64,000 nucleotides of DNA from NCBI GenBank assembly GCA_964016885.1, contig OZ024757.1, positions 43,152,001-43,216,000 on the forward strand, in the 5' to 3' direction. The position numbers and the translations under genes are program-made. The DNA comes from Eledone cirrhosa. Lineage: Eukaryota. Position 1 is the stretch's first letter. Every line of letters begins with the position of its first letter. The notes under the pieces were generated by a model that saw nothing but the letters and a program-made list of their open reading frames with translations, ran no database searches and was not told the DNA's origin. This document shows positions 24,605 to 38,915 of the stretch, piece after piece.

Positions 24605-27600
24605 GTGCCCATGCGCCAAGACCGCCAGACCGTACTGCGCATGCGCCAAGGGCGCCGGACCGTAGTGCGCATGCGCCAAGGCCGCCTGACTGTACTGCGC
24701 ATGCGTCAAGGTCGCAGTACCGAACTGCGCATGCGCTAAGGCCGCCAAACCGCACTGCGCATGCGCCAAGGCCACCTGACTGTACTGCGCATGCGTCAAG
24801 GTCGCAGTACCGAACTGCGCATGCGCTAAGGCCGCCGGACCGTACTGCGCATGCGCCAAGGCCGCCGGACCGTAGTGCGCATGCGCCAAGGCCGCCTGAC
24901 TGTACTGCGCATGCATCAAGGTCCCAGTACCGTACTGCGCATGCACCAAGGCCACCAGGACGTAGTGCGCATGCGCCAAGGCCATCGGACCGTAGTGCGC
25001 ATGCGCCAAGTCTGCCAGACCGTAGTGCGCATGCGCCAAAGCCACCGGACCGTACTGCGCATGTGCCAAGGCCACCGGAACGTAGTGCGCATGCGGCAAG
25101 GTCGCTGGACCGTAGTGCGCATGCGCCAAGACCGACGGTCCGGTGGCTTTGGCGCATGCGCACTACGGTCCGGCGTCCTTGGCGCATGTGCAGTACGGTC
25201 CGGTGACCTTGGCGCATGCGCACTACGGTCCAGCTGCTTTGGCGCATGCGCAGTACGGTTCAGCGGCCTTAGCGCATGCGCACTACGGTCCGGCGGGCTT
25301 GGCGCATGTGCAGTATGGTCCGGCGACATTGACGCATGCGCACTACGGTTCGGCGGCTCTGGCGCATGCGCACTGCGGTCCGGCGGCCTTGGCGCATGCG
25401 CACTACGTTCCGGTGGCCTTGGCGCATGCGCAGTACGCTCCAGTGGCCTTGGCGCATGCGCAGTAAGGTCCGGCGGCTTTGGCGCATGCGCACTATGGTC
25501 TGTCAGTCTTGGCGCATGCGCACTACGGTCCGGCTGCCTTCGTGGATGCGCACTACGTTCCGGCGGCCTTGCCGCATGCGCACTACGGTCCGGTGGCTTT
25601 GGCGCATGCGCACTACGGTCTGGCAGACTTGGCGCATGCGCACTACGGTCTGGCAGCATTGGCGCATGCGCACTACGGTCCGGCGGTCTTGGCGCATGCG
25701 CACTACGGTCCGGCGACCTTGCCGCATGCGCACTACGTTCCGGTGGCCTTGGCACATGCGCAGTACGGTCCGGTGGCTTTAGCGCATGCGCACTACGGTC
25801 TGGCAGACTTGGCGCATGCGCACTACGGTCCGATGGCCTTGGCGCGTGCGCACTACGGTTCAGTGGCCTTGGCGCATGCGCACAACGGTCCGGCGGCCTT
25901 GGCGCATGCGCACTACGGTCCGGCAGCTTTGGTGCATGCGCACTACGGTCTGGCAGCATTGGCGCATGCGCACTACGGTCCGGCGGCCTTGGCGCATGCG
26001 CAGTAAGGTCCGGCGGCCATGGCGCATGCGCACTAAGGGCCAGCGGTCTTTGCGCATGCGCACAATGGTACGGCGGCCTTGGCGCATGCGCACTACGTTC
26101 CGGTGGCCTTGACGCATGCGCAGTACTGTCCAGTGGCCTTGGCGCATGCGCAGTAAGGTCCGGCGGCCTTAGCGCATGCGCAGTACGTTCCGGCGGCCTT
26201 GGCGCATGCGCACTAAGGGCCATCGTTCTTTGCGCATGCGCACAACGGTCCGGCGGCCTTGGTGCATGCGCACTACGGTCCGGCGGCCTTGGCGCATGCG
26301 CACTACGGTCCGGCGGCTTTGGTGCATGCGCACTACGGTCTAGCAGCATTGGAGCATGCGCACTACAGCCCGGCGGCCTTGGCGCATGCGCAGTACGGCC
26401 CGGCGACCTTGGCGCATGCGCACTACGGTCTGGCGGCCTTGGCGCACGCGCACTACGGTCCGGCGGTCTTGGCGCATGCGCACTACGGTCCGGCGACCTT
26501 GCCGCATGCGCACTACGTTCCGGTGGCCTTGGCACATGCGCAGTACGGTCCGGTGGCTTTGGCGCATGCGCACTACGGTCTGGCAGACTTGGCGCATGCA
26601 CACTACGGTCCGATGGCCTTGGCGCATGCGCACTACGTCCTGGTGGCCTTGGCGCATGCGCAGTACAGTCCAGTGGCCTTGGCGCATGCGCAGTGAGGTC
26701 CGGCGGCCTTAGCGCATGCGCAGTAAGGTCCGGCGGCCATGGCGCATGCGCACTAAGGGTCAGCGGTCTTTGCGCATGCGCACAACGGTCCGGCGGCCTT
26801 GGCGCATGCACACTACGGCCCGGCGGCCTTGGCGCCTGCGCACTACGGTCCGGCGGCTTTGGTGCATGCGCACTACGGTGTGGCAGCATTGGCGCATGCG
26901 CACTACGGTCTGGCAGACTTGGCGCATGCGCACTACGGTCCGATGGCCTTGGCGCGTGCGCACTACGTTCTGGTGGCCTTGGCGCATGCGCACTACGTTC
27001 CGGTGGCCTTTGCGCATGCGCAGTACGGTCCAGCGGCCTTGGCGCATGCGCACAACGTTACGGTGGCCTTGGCGCATGCGCAGTACTGTCCAGTGGCCTT
27101 GGCGCATGCGCAGTAAGGTCCGGCGGCCTTAGCGCATGCGCAGTACGATCCGGCGGCCTTGGCGCATGCGCACTAAGGGCCATCGTTCTTTGCGCATGCG
27201 CACAACGGTCCGGCGGCCTTGGTGCATGCGCACTACGGTCCGGCGGCCTTGGCGCATGCGCACTACGGTCCGGCGGCTTTGGTGCATGCGCACTACGGTC
27301 TAGCAGCATTGGGACATGCGCACTACAGCCCGGCGGCCTTGGCGCATGCGCAGTACGGCCCGGCGACCTTGGCGCATGCGCACTACGGTCTGGCGGCCTT
27401 GGCGCACGCGCACTACGGTCCGGCGGTCTTGGCGCATGCGCACTACGGTCCGGCGACCTTGCCGCATGCGCACTACGTTCCGGTGGCCTTGGCACATGCG
27501 CAGTACGGTCCGGTGGCTTTGGCGCATGCGCACTACGGTCTGGCAGACTTGGCGCATGCGCACTACGGTCCGATGGCCTTGGCGCATGCGCACTACGTCC

Positions 27601-28953
27601 TAGTGGCCTTGGCGCATGCGCAGTACAGTCCACTGGCCTTGGCGCATGCGCAGTAAGGTCCGGCGGCCTTAGCGCATGCGCAGTAAGGTCCGACGGCCAT
27701 GGCGCATGCGCACTAAGGGCCAGCGGTCTTTGCGAATGCGCACAACGGTACGGCGGCCTTGGCGCATGCGCACTACGTTCCGGTGGCCTTGACGCATGCG
27801 CAGTACTGTCCAGTGGCCTTGGCGCATGCGCAGTAAGGTCCGGCGACCTTAGCGCATGCGCAGTACGTTCCGGCGGCCTTGGCGCATGCGCACTAAGGGC
27901 CATCGTTCTTTGCGCATGCGCACAACGGTCCGGCGGCCTTGGTGCATGCGCACTACGGTCCGGCGGCCTTGGCGCATGCGCACTACGGTCCGGCGGCTTT
28001 GGTGCATGCGCACTACGGTCTAGCAGCATTGGGGCATGCGCACTACAGCCCGGCGGCCTTGGCGCATGCGCAGTACGGCCCGGCGACCTTGGCGCATGCG
28101 CACTACGGTCTGGCGGCCTTGGCGCACGCGCACTACGGTCCGGCGGTCTTGGCGCATGCGCACTACGGTCCGGCGACCTTGTCGCATGCGCACTACGTCC
28201 TGGTGGCCTTGGCGCATGCGCAGTACAGTCCAGTGGCCTTGGCGCCTGCGCAGTAAGATCCGGCGGCCATGGCGCATGCGCACTAAGGGCCAGCGGTCTT
28301 TGCGCATGCGCAAAATGGTCCGGCGGCCTTGCCGCATGCACACTACGGCCCGGCGGCCTTGGCGCCTGCGCACTACGGTCCGGCGGCTTTGGTGCATGCG
28401 CACTACGGTCTGGCAGCATTGGCGCATGCGCACTACGGTCCGGCGGTCTTGGCGCATGCGCACTACGGTCCGGCGACCTTGCCGCATGCGCACTACATTC
28501 CGGTGGCCTTGGCACATGCGCAGTACGGTCCGGTGGCTTTAGCGCATGCGCACTACGGTCTGGCAGACTTGGCGCATGCGCACTACGGTCTGATGGCCTT
28601 GGCGCGTGCGCACTACGGTCCGATGGCCTTGGCGCGTGCGCACTACGGTCCAGTGGCCTTGGCGCATGCGCACAACGGTCCGGTGGCCTTGGCGCATGCG
28701 CACATCGGTCCGGCAGCTTTGGTGCATGCGCACTACGGTCTGGCAACATTGGCGCATGCGCACTACGGTCCGGCGGCCTTGGCGCATGCGCAGTACGGCC
28801 CGGCGGCCTTGGCGCATGCGCACTACGGTCTGGCGGCCTTGGCGCATGCGCACTACGTTCCGGCGGCGTTGGCGCATGCGCACTACGGTTCGGAGGCCTT
28901 GGCGCATGCGCACTACGGTCCGACGTCCTTGACGCATGTGCAGTACGGTCCGG

Positions 28954-29219
28954 ATGAATTTTTAGCCATTTTAAGCCTTTATGTTGCCATATTTAGCCAT
29001 TTTGAGTTATTTTAGTAATTTATGATGCAGTTTAACCATTTTAGAGCCATTTATAGTCATTTTAGACGTTTCAGTCGTGTTAGAGTCATTCTAGTCAATT
29101 ATGATACGGTTTTAGCATTTTATTGTCACTTTAGTCATTTATTATGCCGTCTTAGTCATTTTGTTCTAATTTCAGACATACATGATGACATTTCGGCCAT
29201 GTTAGTCCTTTTTGATGAA
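28954..29219 (+). repeat. AT-rich spacer, copy 8, subtype A
   Basis: Matches copy 1 with variants CTTAGTCATT and TTGTTCTAAT. Confidence 0.97.
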
Positions 29220-31978
29220 GTGCCCATGCGCCAAGACCGCCAGACCGTACTGCGCATGCGCCAAGGGCGCCGGACCGTAGTGCGCATGCGCCAAGGCCGC
29301 CTGACTGTACTGCGCATGCGTCAAGGTCGCAGTACCGAACTGCGCATGCGCTAAGGCCGCCGAACCGCACTGCGCATGCGCCAAGGCCACCTGACTGTAC
29401 TGCGCATGCGTCAAGGTCGCAGTACCGAACTGCGCATGCGCTAAGGCCGCCGGACCGTACTGCGCATGCGCCAAGGCCGCCGGACCGTAGTGCGCATGCG
29501 CCAAGGCCGCCTGACTGTACTGCGCATGCATCAAGGTCCCAGTACCGTACTGCGCATGCACCAAGGCCACCAGGACGTAGTGCGCATGCGCCAAGGCCAT
29601 CGGACCGTAGTGCGCATGCGCCAAGTCTGCCAGACCGTAGTGCGCATGCGCCAAAGCCACCGGACCGTACTGCGCATGTGCCAAGGCCACCGGAACGTAG
29701 TGCGCATGCGGCAAGGTCGCTGGACCGTAGTGCGCATGCGCCAAGACCGACGGTCCGGTGGCTTTGGCGCATGCGCACTACGGTCCGGCGTCCTTGGCGC
29801 ATGTGCAGTACGGTCCGGTGACCTTGGCGCATGCGCACTACGGTCCAGCTGCTTTGGCGCATGCGCAGTACGGTTCAGCGGCCTTAGCGCATGCGCACTA
29901 CGGTCCGGCGGGCTTGGCGCATGTGCAGTATGGTCCGGCGACCTTGACGCATGCGCACTACGGTTCGGCGGCTCTGGCGCATGCGCACTGCGGTCCGGCG
30001 GCCCTGGCGCATGCGCACTACGTTCCGGTGGCCTTGGCGCATGCGCAGTACGCTCCAGTGGCCTTGGCGCATGCGCAGTAAGGTCCGGCGGCTTTGGCGC
30101 ATGCGCACTATGGTCTGTCAGTCTTGGCGCATGAGCACTACGGTCCGGCTGCCTTCGTGGATGCGCACTACGTTCCGGCGGCCTTGCCGCATGCGCACTA
30201 CGGTCCGGTGGCTTTGGCGCATGCGCACTACGGTCTGGCAGACTTGGCGCATGCGCACTACGGTCCGATGGCCTTGGCGCATGCGCACTACGGTCTGGCA
30301 GCATTGGCGCATGCGCACTACGGTCCGGCGGTCTTGGCGCATGCGCACTACGGTCCGGCGACCTTGCCGCATGCGCACTACGTTCCGGTGGCCTTGGCAC
30401 ATGCGCAGTACGGTCCGGTGGCTTTAGCGCATGCGCACTACGGTCTGGCAGACTTGGCGCATGCGCACTACGGTCCGATGGCCTTGGCGCGTGCGCACTA
30501 CGGTCCAGTGGCCTTGGCGCATGCGCACAACGGTCCGGCGGCCTTGGCGCATGCGCACTACGGTCCGGCAGCTTTGGTGCATGCGCACTACGGTCTGGCA
30601 GCATTGGCGCATGCGCACTACGGTCCGGCGGCCTTGGCGCATGCGCAGTAAGGTCCGGCGGCCATGGCGCATGCGCACTAAGGGCCAGCGGTCTTTGCGC
30701 ATGCGCACAATGGTACGGCGGCCTTGGCGCATGCGCACTACGTTCCGGTGGCCTTGACGCATGCGCAGTACTGTCCAGTGGCCTTGGCGCATGCGCAGTA
30801 AGGTCCGGCGGCCTTAGCGCATGCGCAGTACGTTCCGGCGGCCTTGGCGCATGCGCACTAAGGGCCATCGTTCTTTGCGCATGCGCACAACGGTCCGGCG
30901 GCCTTGGTGCATGCGCACTACGGTCCGGCGGCCTTGGCGCATGCGCACTACGGTCCGGCGGCTTTGGTGCATGCGCACTACGGTCTAGCAGCATTGGAGC
31001 ATGCGCACTACAGCCCGGCGGCCTTGGCGCATGCGCAGTACGGCCCGGCGACCTTGGCGCATGCGCACTACGGTCTGGCGGCCTTGGCGCACGCGCACTA
31101 CGGTCCGGCGGTCTTGGCGCATGCGCACTACGGTCCGGCGACCTTGCCGCATGCGCACTACGTTCCGGTGGCCTTGGCACATGCGCAGTACGGTCCGGTG
31201 GCTTTGGCGCATGCGCACTACGGTCTGGCAGACTTGGCGCATGCACACTACGGTCCGATGGCCTTGGCGCATGCGCACTACGTCCTGGTGGCCTTGGCGC
31301 ATGCGCAGTACAGTCCAGTGGCCTTGGCGCATGCGCAGTGAGGTCCGGCGGCCTTAGCGCATGCGCAGTAAGGTCCGGCGGCCATGGCGCATGCGCACTA
31401 AGGGTCAGCGGTCTTTGCGCATGCGCACAACGGTCCGGCGGCCTTGGCGCATGCACACTACGGCCCGGCGGCCTTGGCGCCTGCGCACTACGGTCCGGCG
31501 GCTTTGGTGCATGCGCACTACGGTGTGGCAGCATTGGCGCATGCGCACTACGGTCTGGCAGACTTGGCGCATGCGCACTACGGTCCGATGGCCTTGGCGC
31601 GTGCGCACTACGTTCTGGTGGCCTTGGCGCATGCACAGTACGGTCCAGTGGCCTTGGCGCATGCGCACAACGGTCCGGCGGCCTTGGCGCATGCGCACTA
31701 CGGTCCGGCAGCTTTGGTGCATGCGCACTACGGTCTGGCAGCATTGGCGCATGCGCACTACGGTCCGGCGGCCTTGGCGCATGCGCAGTACGGCCCGGTG
31801 GCCTTGGCGCATGCGCACTACGGTCTGGCGGCCTTGGCGCATGCGCACTACGGTCCGGCGGCCTTGGCGCATGCGCACTACGGTCCGGCGGCGTTGGCGC
31901 ATGCGCACTACGGTTCGGAGGCCTTGGCGCATGCGCACTACGGTCCGACGTTCTTGACGCATGTGCAGTACGGTCCGG

Positions 31979-32244
31979 ATGACTTTTTAGCCATTTTAAG
32001 CCTTTGTGTTGCCATATTTAGCCATTTTGAGTTATTTTAGTAATTTATGATGCAGTTTAACCATTTTAGAGCCATTTATAGTCATTTTAGACGTTTCAGT
32101 CGTGTTAGAGTCATTCTAGTCAATTATGATACGGTTTTAGCATTTTATTGTCACTTTAGTCATTTATTATGCCGTCTTAGCCACTTTGTTGTAATTTCAG
32201 ACATACATGATGACATTTCGGCCATGTTAGTCCTTTTTGATGAC
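31979..32244 (+). repeat. AT-rich spacer, copy 9, subtype C
   Basis: Matches copy 2. Confidence 0.97.
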
Positions 32245-34214
32245 GTGCCCATGCGCCAAGACCGCCAGACCGTACTGCGCACGCGTCGATACGGCCTGAT
32301 CGTAGTGCGCATGCGCCAAAGCCGCCTAACCGTAGTGCGCATGCGCCAAGGCCGCCGATACATAGTGCACATGCGCCAAGGCCGTCGGACCATACTGCGC
32401 ATGCGCCAAGGGCGCCGGACAGTTGTGCGCATGCACCAAGGCCGCCTGACTTACTGCGCATGCGTCAAGGTCGCAGTACCGAACTGCGCATGCGCTAAGG
32501 CCTCCGGACCGTACTGCGCATGCGCCAAGGCCACCTGACTGTACTGCGCATGCGTCAAGGTCGCAGTACCGAACTGCGTATGCGCTAAGGCCGCCGGACC
32601 GTACTGCGCATGCGCCAAGGCCGCCGGACCGTAGTGCGCATGCGCCAAGGCCGCCTGACTGTACTGCGCATGCATCAAAGTCCCAGTACCGTACTGCACA
32701 TGCACCAAGACCGCCGGACCGTAGTGCGCATGCGCCAGAGCCGCCGAACCGTAGTGCGCATGCGCCAAGGCCGCCGGACCATACTGCGCATGCGCCAAGG
32801 CCGCCGGGCCGTAGTGCGCATGCGCCAAAGACGCGGGCCCGTAGTGCGCATGCGCCAAGGCCACCTGACTGTACTGCGAGTGCGTCAAGGTCGCAGTACT
32901 GAACTGCGCATGCGCTAAGGCCGCCGGACCGTAATGTGCATGCGCCAAGGCCGCCTGACTGTACTGCGCATGCGTCAAGGTCGCAGTACCGAACTGCGCA
33001 TGCGTTAAGGCCGGCGGCCTTGGCGCATGCGCACTACGTTCCGGTGGCCTTGACGCATGCGCAGTACTGTCCAGTGGCCTTGGCGCATGCGCAGTAAGGT
33101 CCGGCGGCCTTAGCGCATGCGCAGTACGTTCCGGCGGCCTTGGCGCATGCGCACTAAGGGCCATCGTTCTTTGCGCATGCGCACAACGGTCCGGCGGCCT
33201 TGGTGCATGCGCACTACGGTCCGGCAGCCTTGGCGCATGCGCACTACGGTCCGGCGGCTTTGGTGCATGCGCACTACGGTCTAGCAGCATTGGGGCATGC
33301 GCACTACAGCCCGGCGGCCTTGGCGCATGCGCAGTACGGCCCGGCGACCTTGGCGCATGCGCACTACGGTCTGGCGGCCTTGGCGCACGCGCACTACGGT
33401 CCGGCGGTCTTGGCGCATGCGCACTACGGTCCGGCGACCTTGTCGCATGCGCACTACGTCCTGGTGGCCTTGGCGCATGCGCAGTACAGTCCAGTGGCCT
33501 TGGCGCCTGCGCAGTAAGATCCGGCGGCCATGGCGCATGCGCACTAAGGGCCAGCGGTCTTTGCGCATGCGCAAAATGGTCCGGCGGCCTTGCCGCATGC
33601 ACACTACGGCCCGGCGGCCTTGGCGCCTGCGCACTACGGTCCGGCGGCTTTGGTGCATGCGCACTACGGTCTGGCAGCATTGGCGCATGCGCACTACGGT
33701 CCGGCGGTCTTGGCGCATGCGCACTACGGTCCGGCGACCTTGCCGCATGCGCACTACATTCCGGTGGCCTTGGCACATGCGCAGTACGGTCCGGTGGCTT
33801 TAGCGCATGCGCACTACGGTCTGGCAGACTTGGCGCATGCGCACTACGGTCTGATGGCCTTGGCGCGTGCGCACTACGGTCCGATGGCCTTGGCGCGTGC
33901 GCACTACGGTCCAGTGGCCTTGGCGCATGCGCACAACGGTCCGGTGGCCTTGGCGCATGCGCACTACGGTCCGGCAGCTTTGGTGCATGCGCACTACGGT
34001 CTGGCAACATTGGCGCATGCGCACTACGGTCCGGCGGCCTTGGCGCATGCGCAGTACGGCCCGGCGGCCTTGGCGCATGCGCACTACGGTCTGGCGGCCT
34101 TGGCGCATGCGCACTACGTTCCGGCGGCGTTGGCGCATGCGCACTACGGTTCGGAGGCCTTGGCGCATGCGCACTACGGTCCGACGTCCTTGACGCATGT
34201 GCAGTACGGTCCGG

Positions 34215-34480
34215 ATGAATTTTTAGCCATTTTAAGCCTTTATGTTGCCATATTTAGCCATTTTGAGTTATTTTAGTAATTTATGATGCAGTTTAACCAT
34301 TTTAGAGCCATTTATAGTCATTTTAGACGTTTCAGTCGTGTTAGAGTCATTCTAGTCAATTATGATACGGTTTTAGCATTTTATTGTCACTTTAGTCATT
34401 TATTATGCCGTCTTAGCCATTTTGTTGTAATTTCAGACATACATGATGACATTTCGGCCATGTTAGTCCTTTTTGATGAA
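34215..34480 (+). repeat. AT-rich spacer, copy 10, subtype A
   Basis: Matches copy 1. Confidence 0.97.
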
Positions 34481-37400
34481 GTGCCCATGCGCCAAGACCG
34501 CCAGACCGTACTGCGCATGCGCCAAGGGCGCCGGACCGTAGTGCGCATGCGCCAAGGCCGCCTGACTGTACTGCGCATGCGTCAAGGTCGCAGTACCGAA
34601 CTGCGCATGCGCTAAGGCCGCCGAACCGCACTGCGCATGCGCCAAGGCCACCTGACTGTACTGCGCATGCGTCAAGGTCGCAGTACCGAACTGCGCATGC
34701 GCTAAGGCCGCCGGACCGTACTGCGCATGCGCCAAGGCCGCCGGACCGTAGTGCGCATGCGCCAAGTCCGCCTGACTGTACTGCGCATGCATCAAGGTCC
34801 CAGTACCGTACTGCGCATGCACCAAGGCCACCAGGACGTAGTGCGCATGCGCCAAGGCCATCGGACCGTAGTGCGCATGCGCCAAGTCTGCCAGACCGTA
34901 GTGCGCATGCGCCAAAGCCACCGGACCGTACTGCGCATGTGCCAAGGCCACCGGAACGTAGTGCGCATGCGGCAAGGTCGCTGGACCGTAGTGCGCATGC
35001 GCCAAGACCGACGGTCCGGTGGCTTTGGCGCATGCGCACTACGGTCCGGCGTCCTTGGCGCATGTGCAGTACGGTCCGGTGACCTTGGCGCATGCGCACT
35101 ACGGTCCAGCTGCTTTGGCGCATGCGCAGTACGGTTCAGCGGCCTTAGCGCATGCGCACTACGGTCCGGCGGGCTTGGCGCATGTGCAGTATGGTCCGGC
35201 GACCTTGACGCATGCGCACTACGGTTCGGCGGCTCTGGCGCATGCGCACTGCGGTCCGGCGGCCTTGGCGCATGCGCACTACGTTCCGGTGGCCTTGGCG
35301 CATGCGCAGTACGCTCCAGTGGCCTTGGCGCATGCGCAGTAAGGTCCGGCGGCTTTGGCGCATGCGCACTATGGTCTGTCAGTCTTGGCGCATGCGCACT
35401 ACGGTCCGGCTGCCTTCGTGGATGCGCACTACGTTCCGGCGGCCTTGCCGCATGCGCACTACGGTCCGGTGGCTTTGGCGCATGCGCACTACGGTCTGGC
35501 AGACTTGGCGCATGCGCACTACGGTCCGATGGCCTTGGCGCATGCGCACTACGGTCTGGCAGCATTGGCGCATGCGCACTACGGTCCGGCGGTCTTGGCG
35601 CATGCGCACTACGGTCCGGCGACCTTGCCGCATGCGCACTACGTTCCGGTGGCCTTGGCACATGCGCAGTACGGTCCGGTGGCTTTAGCGCATGCGCACT
35701 ACGGTCTGGCAGACTTGGCGCATGCGCACTACGGTCCGATGGCCTTGGCGCGTGCGCACTACGGTCCAGTGGCCTTGGCGCATGCGCACAACGGTCCGGC
35801 GGCCTTGGCGCATGCGCACTACGGTCCGGCAGCTTTGGTGCATGCGCACTACGGTCTGGCAGCATTGGCGCATGCGCACTACGGTCCGGCGGCCTTGGCG
35901 CATGCGCAGTAAGGTCCGGCGGCCATGGCGCATGCGCACTAAGGGCCAGCGGTCTTTGCGCATGCGCACAATGGTACGGCGGCCTTGGCGCATGCGCACT
36001 ACGTTCCGGTGGCCTTGACGCATGCGCAGGACTGTCCAGTGGCCTTGGCGCATGCGCAGTAAGGTCCGGCGGCCTTAGCGCATGCGCAGTACGTTCCGGC
36101 GGCCTTGGCGCATGCGCACTAAGGGCCATCGTTCTTTGCGCATGCGCACAACGGTCCGGCGACCTTGCCGCATGCGCACTACGTTCCGGTGGCCTTGGCA
36201 CATGCGCAGTACGGTCCGGTGGCTTTGGCGCATGCGCACTACGGTCTGGCAGACTTGGCGCATGCACACTACGGTCCGATGGCCTTGGCGCATGCGCACT
36301 ACGTCCTGGTGGCCTTGGCGCATGCGCAGTACAGTCCAGTGGCCTTGGCGCATGCGCAGTGAGGTCCGGCGGCCTTAGCGCATGCGCAGTAAGGTCCGGC
36401 GGCCATGGCGCATGCGCACTAAGGGTCAGCGGTCTTTGCGCATGCGCACAACGGTCCGGCGGCCTTGGCGCATGCACACTACGGCCCGGCGGCCTTGGCG
36501 CCTGCGCACTACGGTCCGGCGGCTTTGGTGCATGCGCACTACGGTGTGGCAGCATTGGCGCATGCGCACTACGGTCTGGCAGACTTGGCGCATGCGCACT
36601 ACGGTCCGATGGCCTTGGCGCGTGCGCACTACGTTCTGGTGGCCTTGGCGCATGCGCACTACGTTCCGGTGGCCTTTGCGCATGCGCAGTACGGTCCAGC
36701 GGCCTTGGCGCATGCGCACAACGTTACGGTGGCCTTGGCGCATGCGCAGTACTGTCCAGTGGCCTTGGCGCATGCGCAGTAAGGTCCGGCGGCCTTAGCG
36801 CATGCGCAGTACGTTCCGGCGGCCTTGGCGCATGCGCACTAAGGGCCATCGTTCTTTGCGCATGCGCACAACGGTCCGGCGGCCTTGGTGCATGCGCACT
36901 ACGGTCCGGCGGCCTTGGCGCATGCGCACTACGGTCCGGCGGCTTTGGTGCATGCGCACTACGGTCTAGCAGCATTGGGACATGCGCACTACAGCCCGGC
37001 GGCCTTGGCGCATGCGCAGTACGGCCCGGCGACCTTGGCGCATGCGCACTACGGTCTGGCGGCCTTGGCGCACGCGCACTACGGTCCGGCGGTCTTGGCG
37101 CATGCGCACTACGGTCCGGCGACCTTGCCGCATGCGCACTACGTTCCGGTGGCCTTGGCACATGCGCAGTACGGTCCGGTGGCTTTGGCGCATGCGCACT
37201 ACGGTCTGGCAGACTTGGCGCATGCGCACTACGGTCCGATGGCCTTGGCGCATGCGCACTACGTCCTAGTGGCCTTGGCGCATGCGCAGTACAGTCCACT
37301 GGCCTTGGCGCATGCGCAGTAAGGTCCGGCGGCCTTAGCGCATGCGCAGTAAGGTCCGACGGCCATGGCGCATGCGCACTAAGGGCCAGCGGTCTTTGCG

Positions 37401-38649
37401 AATGCGCACAACGGTACGGCGGCCTTGGCGCATGCGCACTACGTTCCGGTGGCCTTGACGCATGCGCAGTACTGTCCAGTGGCCTTGGCGCATGCGCAGT
37501 AAGGTCCGGCGACCTTAGCGCATGCGCAGTAAGGTCCGGCGACCTTAGCGCATGCGCAGTACGTTCCGGCGGCCTTGGCGCATGCGCACTAAGGGCCATC
37601 GTTCTTTGCGCATGCGCACAACGGTCCGGCGGCCTTGGTGCATGCGCACTACGGTCCGGCGGCCTTGGCGCATGCGCACTACGGTCCGGCGGCTTTGGTA
37701 CATGCGCACTACGGTCTAGCAGCATTGGGGCATGCGCACTACAGCCCGGCGGCCTTGGCGCATGCGCAGTACGGCCCGGCGACCTTGGCGCATGCGCACT
37801 ACGGTCTGGCGGCCTTGGCGCACGCGCACTACGGTCCGGCGGTCTTGGCGCATGCGCACTACGGTCCGGCGACCTTGTCGCATGCGCACTACGTCCTGGT
37901 GGCCTTGGCGCATGCGCAGTACAGTCCAGTGGCCTTGGCGCCTGCGCAGTAAGATCCGGCGGCCATGGCGCATGCGCACTAAGGGCCAGCGGTCTTTGCG
38001 CATGCGCAAAATGGTCCGGCGGCCTTGCCGCATGCACACTACGGCCCGGCGGCCTTGGCGCCTGCGCACTACGGTCCGGCGGCTTTGGTGCATGCGCACT
38101 ACGGTCTGGCAGCATTGGCGCATGCGCACTACGGTCCGGCGGTCTTGGCGCATGCGCACTACGGTCCGGCGACCTTGCCGCATGCGCACTACATTCCGGT
38201 GGCCTTGGCACATGCGCAGTACGGTCCGGTGGCTTTAGCGCATGCGCACTACGGTCTGGCAGACTTGGCGCATGCGCACTACGGTCTGATGGCCTTGGCG
38301 CGTGCGCACTACGGTCCGATGGCCTTGGCGCGTGCGCACTACGGTCCAGTGGCCTTGGCGCATGCGCACAACGGTCCGGTGGCCTTGGCGCATGCGCACT
38401 ACGGTCCGGCAGCTTTGGTGCATGCGCACTACGGTCTGGCAACATTGGCGCATGCGCACTACGGTCCGGCGGCCTTGGCGCATGCGCAGTACGGCCCGGC
38501 GGCCTTGGCGCATGCGCACTACGGTCTGGCGGCCTTGGCGCATGCGCACTACGTTCCGGCGGCGTTGGCGCATGCGCACTACGGTTCGGAGGCCTTGGCG
38601 CATGCGCACTACGGTCCGACGTCCTTGACGCATGTGCAGTACGGTCCGG

Positions 38650-38915
38650 ATGAATTTTTAGCCATTTTAAGCCTTTATGTTGCCATATTTAGCCATTTTG
38701 AGTTATTTTAGTAATTTATGATGCAGTTTAACCATTTTAGAGCCATTTATAGTCATTTTAGACGTTTCAGTCGTGTTAGAGTCATTCTAGTCAATTATGA
38801 TACGGTTTTAGCATTTTATTGTCACTTTAGTCATTTATTATGCCGTCTTAGCCATTTTGTTGTAATTTCAGACATACATGATGACATTTCGGCCATGTTA
38901 GTCCTTTTTGATGAA
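38650..38915 (+). repeat. AT-rich spacer, copy 11, subtype A
   Basis: Matches copy 1. Confidence 0.97.
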